Virus record (IMG/VR): IMGVR_UViG_3300044852_000015
Coordinates: 1 to 64,000 of that record
Length of the DNA: 64,000 nt
Source of the DNA: a virus
Taxonomy: Duplodnaviria; Caudoviricetes
Strand: one strand, 5' to 3'
In this document: positions 37,565 to 47,417 of the stretch, one piece after another
Position numbering within the stretch: the stretch's first letter is position 1
Layout: each line of letters opens with the position of its first letter
Program-made: the position numbers and the translations under genes
Notes under the pieces: generated by a model
The model's input: the letters and a program-made list of their open reading frames with translations, nothing else
Database searches by the model: none
What the model was told of the DNA's origin: nothing

Positions 37565-39235
37565 TTACTTGGTATATTGGATTTTACGTTGAACTTCGTC
37601 GATCAACGGTCTGAACTTCTCACTACGCACAACCCGATAGTTCGAGTCATACTGCACGCACGTACCGATACGTGTCCGACCATCTGGACTGGCTTTCGGT
37701 AAGTTGTTATACGAACCGATCTCCACGATAGACGAATGGAGCAATTTGGAAGCGTCAGTTGCAGCCGACTTACCACTGTTACGTCCGGTGCCAGTGGCAC
37801 TGGTCTGTGGGACCAAGTTGGACGTGATCTTGAAGTACATGTTATCCCCAGGACTGGAGATACCTGCCACCTCACCGTGTTGACGGTTGATCTTGGTGAT
37901 AGCATCCAAAGTGAGGTTCCGGCGCAGTGCCAGATTGATTTCCTCTTTGATCTTTGGTTTGCGTGCTGCTTTCTGAAGTGCAAACTTGAAGTGGGAGATA
38001 GCCTTGTTGATGTCGAACAGCGCATAGCGCAAGACCATCAACTCTTTATCGTACATCGTGGATTCCACGTTGTCCGACTGGATCACCATCTCAGACAGTG
38101 CTCCAATGATAAACGCAAACAGCTCGTACACGTCGTTTACCAGGATATTCTCACTTCGTAGGTCCAACCGTGATCGTTCATCCAAGGACTCATCCAAGGA
38201 TTCGATGTGGTTCTCGACCTCTTCCGCCAACTTACCTTCACTTTGATTGGACCCAAAGATCAGGTGACCCAGCAGAATACGCCAAAGACGCGTGCTGTTG
38301 ATGAACTCTGGTTCTACGCGTTGCGGGAAATGATCCACCACGTAGAAGAAGCCAGCAACTAGACCAACGTTCTTGGTATTCCACGAAGCACGAGGAATCG
38401 CCATCCGCAAGTTACTTGCGATGTAGCCAATCCGACGCATTCCCCGCAGGGTTCGTGGACACATCTGTTTCGAGCCGCAGATAACCCATTCAGACTTCGG
38501 ATAGAGGTCATAGTTGACTTCATCCGGGTAACCCACATGGACGTCTGTGTTAGACACCATTTTGAAGGTCTGGGTGACACCATACTTACTGAACAAGTAG
38601 TGCGCCATTGTGTGTTTTGCTGTGATACGGTTTTTCGAGTTTGCTCCCTTCTCAGGGCTACGATTGTAAACAGTGGCCCACGCCACGTTTGCAGTTTCAT
38701 TCCATGCCGTCTCTCCGCCGTTGTCAGCCACGTCGAACATCCGGAACGTATGGTCAAGCCGTTCAAAGGTAAGCTTCGTTACCTGCAACGGAATGAATAT
38801 CGTGTTAACCCCATAGCTAATAGCCCGATCAGCCAAAACTGGACTGATGCTAAATGTACTGCCACGAATTGTAATCAACCCCGCCTGACGGACAAAGGGT
38901 AAATACATGTAGCGCTTCAGCAGTGGTTCCTTAACCCCTGTCTTGGGATCAGTGTAGCTGAAGTTGTACTCCACCAGAAACAAATCGGATCGCGCAATGT
39001 CGAACACTGGCTTACCGGTACGCTTCGGTGTAATCTCGTTGAACTCTTCCTGAGGAGTGCAACGGCGACAGTTCTCGTATTTCAAGCCCTCTGGGAAGCT
39101 TTTCGAAATACTCCTGAACAAACCATCCACGTAGCGTTCAACGCCACGCATCTGCTCTACCGCAAGACCAGACATGATCTTATCGTTAAAGCGCGGGATA
39201 GCCCGTTCGACCAAGTTGAAGAAGTGGTTGTCCAT
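37565..39235 (-). CDS. Non-virion RNA polymerase beta-like subunit (phiKZ gp123-like)
   Basis: YMYLPFV...G.ITIRGSTFSISPVLAD resembles the RpoB N-terminal motif, and LHSS.VE.GS...P..R lies near the end. Two genes from the capsid gene, as in phiKZ. Confidence 0.7.
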   Translation of the reverse strand: MDNHFFNLVERAIPRFNDKIMSGLAVEQMRGVERYVDGLFRSISKSFPEGLKYENCRRCTPQEEFNEITPKRTGKPVFDIARSDLFLVEYNFSYTDPKTGVKEPLLKRYMYLPFVRQAGLITIRGSTFSISPVLADRAISYGVNTIFIPLQVTKLTFERLDHTFRMFDVADNGGETAWNETANVAWATVYNRSPEKGANSKNRITAKHTMAHYLFSKYGVTQTFKMVSNTDVHVGYPDEVNYDLYPKSEWVICGSKQMCPRTLRGMRRIGYIASNLRMAIPRASWNTKNVGLVAGFFYVVDHFPQRVEPEFINSTRLWRILLGHLIFGSNQSEGKLAEEVENHIESLDESLDERSRLDLRSENILVNDVYELFAFIIGALSEMVIQSDNVESTMYDKELMVLRYALFDINKAISHFKFALQKAARKPKIKEEINLALRRNLTLDAITKINRQHGEVAGISSPGDNMYFKITSNLVPQTSATGTGRNSGKSAATDASKLLHSSIVEIGSYNNLPKASPDGRTRIGTCVQYDSNYRVVRSEKFRPLIDEVQRKIQYTK

Positions 39236-39260
39236 CTCTGATCCGACCCTTACCTAACGA

Positions 39261-40433
39261 CTACTTGAAAGCTAGAAAGAGAGCCGCAATGCCTGTGGCA
39301 ATGGCTGGAACCCATTTAAGAAACTCCGAAGCATCCTTCCGTACGTGACTTCGTTCTTCATAGTGGTCTTTACGCTCTAGTGCTGCAATGCTCCGCAGGT
39401 GCTCCACTCGCGTTTGTTCCTCCTTGAGTCTTGCTCCGGCTTCGTTAATACGAGCCTCCTCAAGTTTCCACCGATGCTCCTGTGCTTTGCGATCGCTTTC
39501 CTCCGCTAAACGTCTCTGTTCGAGATCTCTTCTCCATGTCTCAAACTCCTCCTCGCGATCCAACCTTTCGCTTTTCATGCGAATCTCTTGAGCTTTTAGG
39601 TCATGAGCTAAGATTTCGAGTTCTCGTTTCTTCTCTGCTGCGGTGTCTCCCAACACTAAAGCTTCTTCGTAGGTCTTGAACATACCAAGACACGCTTCTG
39701 CTTCAGGGAATGCGAAGTACTCCGCCCGAGGCTTCCCAACACCACCACTCTCACTCACAGGACAGGTCGAAGCGCGATACACGCCACTGAGCCTACCCTG
39801 ATCTTTGACGGGTTGGACTAGGTAGATCTCCTTATTAATGTTAATGTAACGTGGCCCAAAGATGTCTTCGTTGTCAACGATTTGTAGACTGTAGCCCACC
39901 ACTCCTGCTGTATTGATAGTTTCGTTATCGGCCACTAGGCGGTTACGGACGCCGTCCTGACTAAATGGATGATGCGGGACATAGCCCCCGACCATCGTGG
40001 AAACCACGACGTCTAGGTTGACTAAGTAAAGGGAGCCTCCATTACGTTGTACTTCGTCCTCATCTACTCCATAATCCACTTGGGCGAAACACTGGCCCAT
40101 GCGCTGCCTGACACTACCGCTGAGTACTGCATCGCGTAATGCTCTCATGCCTTCAGACGTTGCATTGGATAGTCGTTCTACGTCAATATTTACACCGGCT
40201 CGATACTTGATCGTGTAGCGTACTATGAACTTGCTCAGGCCTCGTACGTTCATCGGCTGAATAACGAGGGGCATACCAGAGCGATCAACCATTGTAACGG
40301 CCTTGCGAAAGCCGTTAAAGAACTCCTTCTCTATGGAAAGCTGGGAACCGGGTCCAAGATCCAGAATACCTGGAACTTCAACTAGCGGCGCTTCATGGTT
40401 AATGAGTTGGTTATTGGGAATGTACTGGCTCAT
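39261..40433 (-). CDS. Hypothetical protein with a C-terminal coiled coil and membrane anchor
   Basis: E/R/K-rich helix followed by WVPAIATGIAALFLAFK. First gene after an early-type promoter. Confidence 0.7.
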   Translation of the reverse strand: MSQYIPNNQLINHEAPLVEVPGILDLGPGSQLSIEKEFFNGFRKAVTMVDRSGMPLVIQPMNVRGLSKFIVRYTIKYRAGVNIDVERLSNATSEGMRALRDAVLSGSVRQRMGQCFAQVDYGVDEDEVQRNGGSLYLVNLDVVVSTMVGGYVPHHPFSQDGVRNRLVADNETINTAGVVGYSLQIVDNEDIFGPRYININKEIYLVQPVKDQGRLSGVYRASTCPVSESGGVGKPRAEYFAFPEAEACLGMFKTYEEALVLGDTAAEKKRELEILAHDLKAQEIRMKSERLDREEEFETWRRDLEQRRLAEESDRKAQEHRWKLEEARINEAGARLKEEQTRVEHLRSIAALERKDHYEERSHVRKDASEFLKWVPAIATGIAALFLAFK

Positions 40434-40486
40434 CGGTATTTCCACTCAATCAGGTATTATCCCTTGATAATCCTCTTCTTAGTACA

Positions 40487-40510
40487 CCTTGATAATATAC
40501 ACTTGAAATA
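40487..40510 (-). promoter_or_regulatory. phiKZ-type early promoter (TATATTAT variant)
   Basis: Minus strand ATTTCAAGTGTATATTATCAAGG is nearly identical to the 56478-56500 element. Confidence 0.6.
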
Positions 40511-40524
40511 GCTTTGAATGTAAA

Positions 40525-40569
40525 CGGCATAAAAGGAATCCCCCTGAGCCCGAAGGCCCAGGGAGTTCC
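40525..40569 (-). terminator. Terminator of the major capsid gene
   Basis: Minus strand GGAACTCCCTGGGCC-TTCG-GGCTCAGGGGGATTCC-TTTTATGCCG. Confidence 0.8.
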
Positions 40570-40677
40570 AGTGTCCCCACTTAAAGGACTCCCCTCAGTA
40601 ACCTAAGTCACTAAGGTGATGCAACGATCACTAGACCGGAAAGTCGAGTGGTTACCACCAAATCAGCAAGCCTCTGC

Positions 40678-42873
40678 TTAGGGGGCCACCGCGATCTTGT
40701 GAGTAAGCACTGCTTCCAGGCCTTTCACTTTGATGATCGCCATTACCGGCAGGTGGTTGATCTGGAGGTTACGTGGTTGAACCATGGCCTCTGGATAGGT
40801 ACCACCGTCGCGCTGAACCATCATGCTCGAAGCCAGCTCAGGAATCCAGGCGTGAACGCCGAAGGTGAGTGGGTCGATGCCTTCGACTTGACCGGTACGG
40901 GTCAGGGCGATGACGATGGTGTCCTTCATACGGCTGTCGAACGAAGATTCGATTTGGTATTCAGGGAACGCGATACCGAAGGTGCGGCTGTCGCCGACGA
41001 CCATCAGGTGACGTTGCAGAACTACGTCGGTACCGATCAGCAGTTTCGGCTGCTGAGAACCACCAACGGCGGCGTTCAGAGCTGGCTGGTAGCCCGAGTC
41101 ACGGTACATGCGGTACGACACGTCACGAATGGCGTTAACCAGGATCGCGTTGATGTCTTCTGCACGGTCCATGTCACGGATCGACGATACCTGCGATTCC
41201 AGGTCGATTTCTTTCTCTTCGAAGAAAGGCTTGACCAGGAAACGACCGACGCCTTCCACTTCTGGAATGGTGTCGTTACGCTTGACGCTGACCGCGTAAG
41301 CACGCAGGGTTTCTGCGTAGTTCAGCAGGCGGGTCACAGCGTTGTTGGTGTTACGAACGCGAGCAGCGCTGATCAGTGCTTCCAGGTCACGTGCATCACG
41401 GTTGCTACCGGCTGGCGAAGGAGCCGAGATCGGAGCGCCCAGTGGGATGTGGAAACGGAAGGTGCGATCGTTGGTATCGAGCAGCAGGCCGCGAGTACGA
41501 CGGTTGCTGTTGGTACGCGAAGCTTTCAGCTCGTAAGCAACTACCTTGGAACCAGCCAGGGCAGTAACGATAGCAGCACCAGCACCAGCGGTCAGGCTGA
41601 TGTCAACGCCGTCTTTGTTCACGATGCTGTCAACGACTACAGGCGAGCTGTAAACGCGACCGTTACCCAGTTGGGTATCGAACTCACCGTTCAGGTTCAC
41701 GGCCAGACGAACAGTCAGTTCACCCGACACGACGCCAGCCAGTACGTCCGGCACTACGCCAGCAACGTTCTTGGTGTTGGCATCCAGAACCAAATCCGAA
41801 GTACGGAAGTTCAGGTTCATCTCGCGGTTTGCACCTTCAACCGACTTGACGAAGTGGCTGCGAGCCAGACGACGAGTGGTGAAAGCAATTACGTCAGCGC
41901 CGTCAGCGTCAGGACCAGCAGCGTCGATCTGGATGTAGATCTTGTCCAGGCCAATGCTGTTGTCGATTGCGTCGGTGTGGTCGATCACGCCAGCGCCGAT
42001 CAGACCTGGGTGCTGGGACAGACCGAGCAGGTTCAGTTCCTGGTTGATGGCCAGAGGCGCGGTGGTCACGTCAACGTTGGAGATGCGACGGATTTCACGA
42101 GCCAGCAGAGCTTCGTCGATGAACATGTCGGCGTTGGAGCCGTTGGCCAGAACCACTGGAACCAGAGCAGTGCTCTCGTCAGCCAGGATGGTGTAGTCCA
42201 TTGCCGCGTCAACCAGGTTCTTACGATTCCAGTTGGTGGCCTTACCGGTGTTGCTGTGCTGGATGGCGTTGTGCACCAGGGTGCGACGAACGGTGATGTC
42301 CAGGCCGCCTTGTTCTGGCGGAACAACGGTAGTTGGGTAGAACATTTCCGAGAAGCTGTCCTGAACCGACGCCTTCACGTTGAACGCGATGGAGTAAGGC
42401 AGGAACTTGGCCAGTTCACGTTCGTCGAAGGATTCCAGCGACGGAGTGTCACGGGTATCAACCGAACCAGCGGCGCCAGTGGAGCCGATGTCAACAACGC
42501 CGTCAATGCCAGCGCCTTGTTCAGCCTGGGAGCGCATAGCTACGTCGGCGTAAGCGGCAGGGTCGCCTGCGGCCATGGCTGCGATCGCACCGGCTTCCAG
42601 TTGGGTTTCGGTCAGCTCTTCGCCGCTGTCTTCGCCGTCTTCCATCGAAGGGCGCAGGGCTTTGAACGCGTCACGGATTTCGGAAGACAGGTCTTTACAG
42701 ACGCGGGACAGTTCACTGTGGCCGCCTTCGTCCAGGGATTCCATGGAGATCAGGTTGGCAGTAGTGCCTTTGGAGGCGAACTCGCTACCTTGGGTAGCAA
42801 CGGTTTGCTTCAGCGCAGAAACCACGTTAGCCAGCGCCGAGCCAGCGGAACCTTTGTATTTCAGAAGTGACAT
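40678..42873 (-). CDS. Major capsid protein (phiKZ gp120-like)
   Basis: 731 aa from MSLLKYK (RBS AAGGA), with strongly biased codon use. Acidic propeptide with SME/SLE sites; FYPTTVV and RTRGLLLD motifs. Sits between DnaB and nvRNAP beta. Confidence 0.85.
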   Translation of the reverse strand: MSLLKYKGSAGSALANVVSALKQTVATQGSEFASKGTTANLISMESLDEGGHSELSRVCKDLSSEIRDAFKALRPSMEDGEDSGEELTETQLEAGAIAAMAAGDPAAYADVAMRSQAEQGAGIDGVVDIGSTGAAGSVDTRDTPSLESFDERELAKFLPYSIAFNVKASVQDSFSEMFYPTTVVPPEQGGLDITVRRTLVHNAIQHSNTGKATNWNRKNLVDAAMDYTILADESTALVPVVLANGSNADMFIDEALLAREIRRISNVDVTTAPLAINQELNLLGLSQHPGLIGAGVIDHTDAIDNSIGLDKIYIQIDAAGPDADGADVIAFTTRRLARSHFVKSVEGANREMNLNFRTSDLVLDANTKNVAGVVPDVLAGVVSGELTVRLAVNLNGEFDTQLGNGRVYSSPVVVDSIVNKDGVDISLTAGAGAAIVTALAGSKVVAYELKASRTNSNRRTRGLLLDTNDRTFRFHIPLGAPISAPSPAGSNRDARDLEALISAARVRNTNNAVTRLLNYAETLRAYAVSVKRNDTIPEVEGVGRFLVKPFFEEKEIDLESQVSSIRDMDRAEDINAILVNAIRDVSYRMYRDSGYQPALNAAVGGSQQPKLLIGTDVVLQRHLMVVGDSRTFGIAFPEYQIESSFDSRMKDTIVIALTRTGQVEGIDPLTFGVHAWIPELASSMMVQRDGGTYPEAMVQPRNLQINHLPVMAIIKVKGLEAVLTHKIAVAP

Positions 42874-43026
42874 GTTTGAGTCCTTACTTATCGGATAAGT
42901 ATAAGTGGGGTGGAATCGGCATTCTGCCTTTACCAATTGCGACCACAACGTATTTTGTTATAGCTGCTATATAATTAAACAGATTTCACAAAACTATTGA
43001 AAAGGTCATTGAAACATAGAATATAT

Positions 43027-43557
43027 TTAAACACTCTTAACGAGGCTCAAATACTCTTTGAAAATCGGAGTGGTAGCAACCAGCTCAAGTGACGAGACGG
43101 AGACCCACAGACCAATCAACTGATCCATGAACCGTGCGGCATCGGCTTTTGCGTCTGCGGCAGCTTGTCCTAAGATAGGTGTAATAATTAACGTATCGCT
43201 ACCAACCAGTTGTGCTGTAAGGCTGTAGCCAGACGCTTCGGCAACATCACGACCAATCCAAGCCTCCTCCAAAGTAGGCTTGTCCTTGATTCTCAGGTAC
43301 TGAAGTTGATTGGAGATTTTGTCGTACTTATCTGATGCAACGCTCGCATCGAGATCGAACAAACCAGTACCATCGAACGACTGGGCCACGCCCTTAGTCA
43401 GGTACGTTGCGCGTTCCTCATTGAGCATGAGGTATTTCGCTACGTCCTCCGTCGATAGTATAGTCGTCAAGGTTTTGAGATCCGTGACCGTTGACAAATT
43501 CAGATTAGCTTGCTCCAGTGAACGCTTCAGCCACTGGGGTACCAAGATTACTTTCAT
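43027..43557 (-). CDS. Hypothetical protein upstream of the capsid gene (phiKZ gp119-like position)
   Basis: 176-aa ORF divergent from DnaB. Confidence 0.65.
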   Translation of the reverse strand: MKVILVPQWLKRSLEQANLNLSTVTDLKTLTTILSTEDVAKYLMLNEERATYLTKGVAQSFDGTGLFDLDASVASDKYDKISNQLQYLRIKDKPTLEEAWIGRDVAEASGYSLTAQLVGSDTLIITPILGQAAADAKADAARFMDQLIGLWVSVSSLELVATTPIFKEYLSLVKSV

Positions 43558-43586
43558 TTAAAAACTCCGGGCTGGGTATCAGAGAA

Positions 43587-45140
43587 ATGGATTATAAACT
43601 ACTATTGGTGCAGGTGATCACTCTCCTGTACCGGGAAAGTCAACTGGACAACCGGACAGCAAACTCTGCCGAACTGGTCGGTCAGATTGTGGCCAGTATT
43701 CGTATCCCAGAAACCTCAATGGAGACAGACCGTGGTCGTGAGACTTTGGTGGGTCTTAGAGCTACCGCGATGTGGATGGCTGGTAACCCGGTCAACCAGG
43801 ATTACGATAGGACTATCCTACTTCAAAGAATACGTGTAAACGTAGCGGATGAGGATGGGCTGTACCAAGCGTTTGAAGGGGCTACTGAACCTTGTGAGGA
43901 CATGAACCTCATTAAACGTATGGTACTCGAGTACCGTTCTGAGCTGCAAGCGTACCTGAACCAGAACCAGATTACTGAGATCCTCAAGCAAACGTCTCAG
44001 AAGGCTCTGTTCAATCCACACACCATCGACTGGAAGAACTTCGTTAAAGACGTCATGGGTGAACTCGAACCTCTGGCTACTGTCCAGACGATTGAGAACA
44101 ACCCGGCCATCGTGGGCTCGGTGGACATCAATGACGACGACGCGGTACAAGCGTTGATGGAACAAGCCCAAGACGAACTGTCCGCTGATGGTGTACTGCG
44201 TTCGGGTTGGCAAGCTATTAACAGAATGTGCGGTGATCAGGGTGGCTTCCGTCGTGGGGAGTTTGTTCTGCTCGGTGCACTGCAACACAACTTTAAAACA
44301 GGCTTTACCCTGAACCTGTTTAAACACATGTGCATCTATAACAAGCCGTACATGCGTGATCCACTGAAGAAACCTCTAGGTCTCCACATCTCCGCAGAGA
44401 ACAACCTGCTTGATAACGTCATGCAGCTCTACGTGTCGCTTAAGGAGAACGAAACGGGTGAAGCCGTATCAATCCGTGGGGTAGACACCGCCGAGGCTTC
44501 TGCGTACGTTAAACGCCGTCTGCGTGAAACCGGTTATGAAGTTCGTATGCTGCGGGTTGACCCATCCCTGTTCGGCTACCGTGACCTGTTCGACCTGATC
44601 CAGAAATACGAATCCGAGGGATACGAAGTCCACTTCTGTGTACTCGACTACCTCAACATGTTGTCTAAGCGTGGTTGCCAGCAAGGTCCACACGGTTTCG
44701 AGACTCGTGACCTGTTCCGTCGTGTGCGTAACTTCACTGCACCGCGTGGCATCACCTTTATTACCCCGCATCAATTGTCGACTCAGGCTAAGGAGCTTGT
44801 AAGGTCCCAGATTGAAAACTTCGTACAAGAGATTGTCAACAAAGGCTACTACGACTCCTGCCGTACCGTAGACCAAGAAGTTGACATGGAGCTGACCATC
44901 CACATTGAGAAGCTCAACGGTGAGTCCTTCTTGACAGTGGGTCGGGGTAAACATCGTAAAATCACGATAACCCCTGAGCGTGACTTGTTCACTGTGCTCA
45001 AGTTCGAGAAGATCGGTAACATCCCTGACGACATTAACGGTGCCGACCGTTCGATGCGTAAAGTGGGTGGTCGCCCTGAGACTGAGGGCGGTAGTGGTAA
45101 CGTCTGGTGGGAAACACAAGAGTTCAAACAAGCCGCTTAA
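43587..45140 (+). CDS. dnaB: DnaB-like replicative helicase (phiKZ gp118-like)
   Basis: GGFRRGEFVLLGALQHNFKT (variant Walker A), HISAEN, VLDYLNML (Walker B), TPHQLS and RGKHR. Start moved to MDYKLL. Confidence 0.85.
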   Translation: MDYKLLLVQVITLLYRESQLDNRTANSAELVGQIVASIRIPETSMETDRGRETLVGLRATAMWMAGNPVNQDYDRTILLQRIRVNVADEDGLYQAFEGATEPCEDMNLIKRMVLEYRSELQAYLNQNQITEILKQTSQKALFNPHTIDWKNFVKDVMGELEPLATVQTIENNPAIVGSVDINDDDAVQALMEQAQDELSADGVLRSGWQAINRMCGDQGGFRRGEFVLLGALQHNFKTGFTLNLFKHMCIYNKPYMRDPLKKPLGLHISAENNLLDNVMQLYVSLKENETGEAVSIRGVDTAEASAYVKRRLRETGYEVRMLRVDPSLFGYRDLFDLIQKYESEGYEVHFCVLDYLNMLSKRGCQQGPHGFETRDLFRRVRNFTAPRGITFITPHQLSTQAKELVRSQIENFVQEIVNKGYYDSCRTVDQEVDMELTIHIEKLNGESFLTVGRGKHRKITITPERDLFTVLKFEKIGNIPDDINGADRSMRKVGGRPETEGGSGNVWWETQEFKQAA

Positions 45141-45175
45141 CAGCCAAAAAAAAAAGAGTCCACGCCCGGACTTGT

Positions 45176-45213
45176 GAGGAGAGAGCCAAGACGGCTCTCT
45201 CCTCTTTATGCCC
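45176..45213. terminator. Hairpin terminator
   Basis: GAGGAGAGAGCC-aagac-GGCTCTCTCCTC-TTTATGCCC. Confidence 0.8.
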
Positions 45214-45525
45214 TTACTCTTCTGCCTTCAGATAGAAGTACATGGAACCCACCGCGTCTTCGAGTGTTGGCCCGATGATGTCGATAGTCTCTTCCTCGGT
45301 CTCGCCATTGGCTGTCAGTTGGACGATCGTACCTGAGGCCACGTACTGGTCTGCATGGTCATCGTCAATCAACCCAGTGGCTACCAGACGGTCTACGGCT
45401 TCCTCAATGGTTTGGTTCTCATCGAGGTGTTCGTTGATCGTGATGGTAAGACTGCGCTGAGCCATGCGCTGGATTTCAGCCAACATCACCGGTGTAGTCA
45501 GCTCGTCATCAGGTACGTCGGTCAT
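45214..45525 (-). CDS. Acidic hypothetical protein
   Basis: 103-aa ORF with RBS GAGG. Confidence 0.65.
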   Translation of the reverse strand: MTDVPDDELTTPVMLAEIQRMAQRSLTITINEHLDENQTIEEAVDRLVATGLIDDDHADQYVASGTIVQLTANGETEEETIDIIGPTLEDAVGSMYFYLKAEE

Positions 45526-45528
45526 GGT

Positions 45529-45873
45529 TTATTCCTCGTCGTCGTAACCGAGCAGTGAGTTGATGTAGTTGGTGCCGTCTACCAACTCAGCCAAGGTATC
45601 GGCTTGCGAGAGGTAGGTTTCGACATCGAACGACACCTTGAAGTTTTCACCACCAGGTTTGCCTTTGACCACGTAACCCATATCACGCAGGTCGTTGATC
45701 ATCTTGCTGATGCTGACGTCCTTGATGCGATCACCTTGGGTCAGGCCGCGCAGTTCAGTTCGGGTGAACTCTACCACGATGTCCTTGGTGAATTCGAGTT
45801 TGAGGTTGATGGCCAGACGTTTCATCATTGCAGCGTTGATGTGTTTAGCCAGATTCGAGGTGCTGAGTGCCAT
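45529..45873 (-). CDS. Hypothetical protein
   Basis: Likely start MALSTS (RBS AAGGA). Confidence 0.65.
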   Translation of the reverse strand: MALSTSNLAKHINAAMMKRLAINLKLEFTKDIVVEFTRTELRGLTQGDRIKDVSISKMINDLRDMGYVVKGKPGGENFKVSFDVETYLSQADTLAELVDGTNYINSLLGYDDEE

Positions 45874-45946
45874 TGTTACATTCCTTACCATTAAGGGTAT
45901 TTGATTTGGTTGAGTGAGGGTCGACCCTCAGCTCTTCAGGTTTTAC

Positions 45947-46210
45947 TTAGGTGTAAGCTTTGATTACCCAGATCATGCGGAAAGAGTCCGAAGTCTCTTC
46001 TTCCACTTGCTCCAGTGTTGCGTTCGGCACATAGACCATGCTCTCGCCAACTTGAACGGTGATGTTCATGCCGTCGATCTTGCGTTGTTCGAAGCTTTGG
46101 CTTTTAACCAAGACTCCGTCGCCACAACGCATGGCTGTGGTGGTATTGAAGTCGTCTTCACTGATGGTTACCCAACGTTCTGCGATGGGTGCTTGTTTTG
46201 TTTGTGTCAT
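45947..46210 (-). CDS. Early hypothetical protein
   Basis: 87-aa ORF with RBS AGGAG, downstream of a TATATTAC box. Confidence 0.65.
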   Translation of the reverse strand: MTQTKQAPIAERWVTISEDDFNTTTAMRCGDGVLVKSQSFEQRKIDGMNITVQVGESMVYVPNATLEQVEEETSDSFRMIWVIKAYT

Positions 46211-46267
46211 GGATGCTCCTGCATTAATAGATTGGTTTGAATGCTCTAGACTAGTCTATCCTATTCA

Positions 46268-46290
46268 CCTAGGTAATATAGGTCTGTAAT
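46268..46290 (-). promoter_or_regulatory. phiKZ-type early promoter (TATATTAC)
   Basis: Minus strand ATTACAGACCTATATTACCTAGG contains the phiKZ early consensus TATATTAC. Confidence 0.65.
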
Positions 46291-46828
46291 ATGTTTAATT
46301 CTACATCCACCGGTATGTTCCCGTCAGAAGTAAAGTCTTACAGAACTCACTTAATTAATGAACGAGCAATGATGCACGTTCTTAAAAAGCAACAATAATC
46401 TTAAAAGGGAAGTACCAATGGAAAGTAGTCGCACGAGAACCAACGTGCCAAAACCCACGGAAGGGGGTATTGGTGTGGTGTCTCGTAATGGTACTAGGCG
46501 TTACACTCCTTCAACCCACCTACTCACCCAACCGGGTGTATCTGTTTGTCCCTCTCCCGAAGTCTCTACGGTTACAAACGCGATAGCCTTGCATCGGTTT
46601 CGTCATCTGTGGAACGTTCAGTTAGTGCAACAGTGGTGTTGTGAGCTAACCCCTAAGTTGTTAAGCTTTGTAGATAGAGTCGCAGACCTTCACAGAGTAG
46701 CACTTAAGGTAATTCTTTTCGGGTTCGAGTCGTCTGTTGCCAAGCCTGCAAATTCACTCCCATACCTGAACATTGATAGTATGAGATAATAACACATGTC
46801 TCCACAACCGCTGTTCCTGTGGCCAAGG

Positions 46829-46880
46829 GGCATAAAAGCCCTAATGCTCTAGTAGCCTTCTTCGGAGGGCTACTAGAGCA
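46829..46880 (-). terminator. Long hairpin terminator
   Basis: TGCTCTAGTAGCC...GGCTACTAGAGCA, with TTTTATGCC downstream on the minus strand. Confidence 0.7.
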
Positions 46881-46890
46881 GTCACAGTAT

Positions 46891-47277
46891 CTATGCCGCT
46901 TGCTTTTTAATGCCAGCGTGTGGGAACAACCGTAGGGTGGTGAAGTACCCGTAAGTGTTACCACTGTAACCGTGGGACTTAGGCAGATTAACTTCGAAGA
47001 CTTGGACACCACATTCCTTAAACTTACGCTCAAGGTACGCGCCGAACGAGGCGATGAAATCAATTTCCTTGTGTTGACACGGAGATTGTGAGACTCCGTC
47101 GACTTCCATGTAGAAACGTTGCTTCTGGGTTGTGAACCCAGCTTTCGTACCATAGGTAAAATACCCAATGTGCGACTGAGGCAAGTTATCCGTCACGTCC
47201 GTGATCAGGTAGATTTTGGTGTCTGGTAAGAAGTTCAATGCTTCCCTACACTCCACCGCAGCTTTAATTGTAGCCAT
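46891..47277 (-). CDS. Hypothetical protein
   Basis: Start MATIK with RBS AAGGAG. Confidence 0.6.
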   Translation of the reverse strand: MATIKAAVECREALNFLPDTKIYLITDVTDNLPQSHIGYFTYGTKAGFTTQKQRFYMEVDGVSQSPCQHKEIDFIASFGAYLERKFKECGVQVFEVNLPKSHGYSGNTYGYFTTLRLFPHAGIKKQAA

Positions 47278-47417
47278 CGTAGATACTCCTTTAGGTGATG
47301 ACACAAAAACTTGTGGAGATACATTTGGTGCCGTGTTAAGTGTTGGTGTGGGCTAGATTATAGTTAAAGCGCCACCGGGCAATGTGCCTTTTGGCCACCC
47401 GTCATCTAATAGGTAGG

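Noticed and set aside
40648-42870. 740-aa + strand ORF
   Set aside because: Exact antisense shadow of the major capsid gene. Strong codon bias removes stops on the opposite strand, and the ORF has no motifs.
44269-44300. Inactive helicase because the Walker A reads ALQHNFKT
   Set aside because: The Lys-Thr and all other DnaB motifs are intact, and as I recall this variant is normal for phiKZ-like helicases.
46700-46760. tRNA suggested by GGTTCGAGTC
   Set aside because: No T-stem pairing, acceptor stem or anticodon arm could be built around it.
47354-47385. Sigma70 promoter on the minus strand (TTGCCC...TATAAT)
   Set aside because: The spacer is only 14 nt, so it is not supportable.
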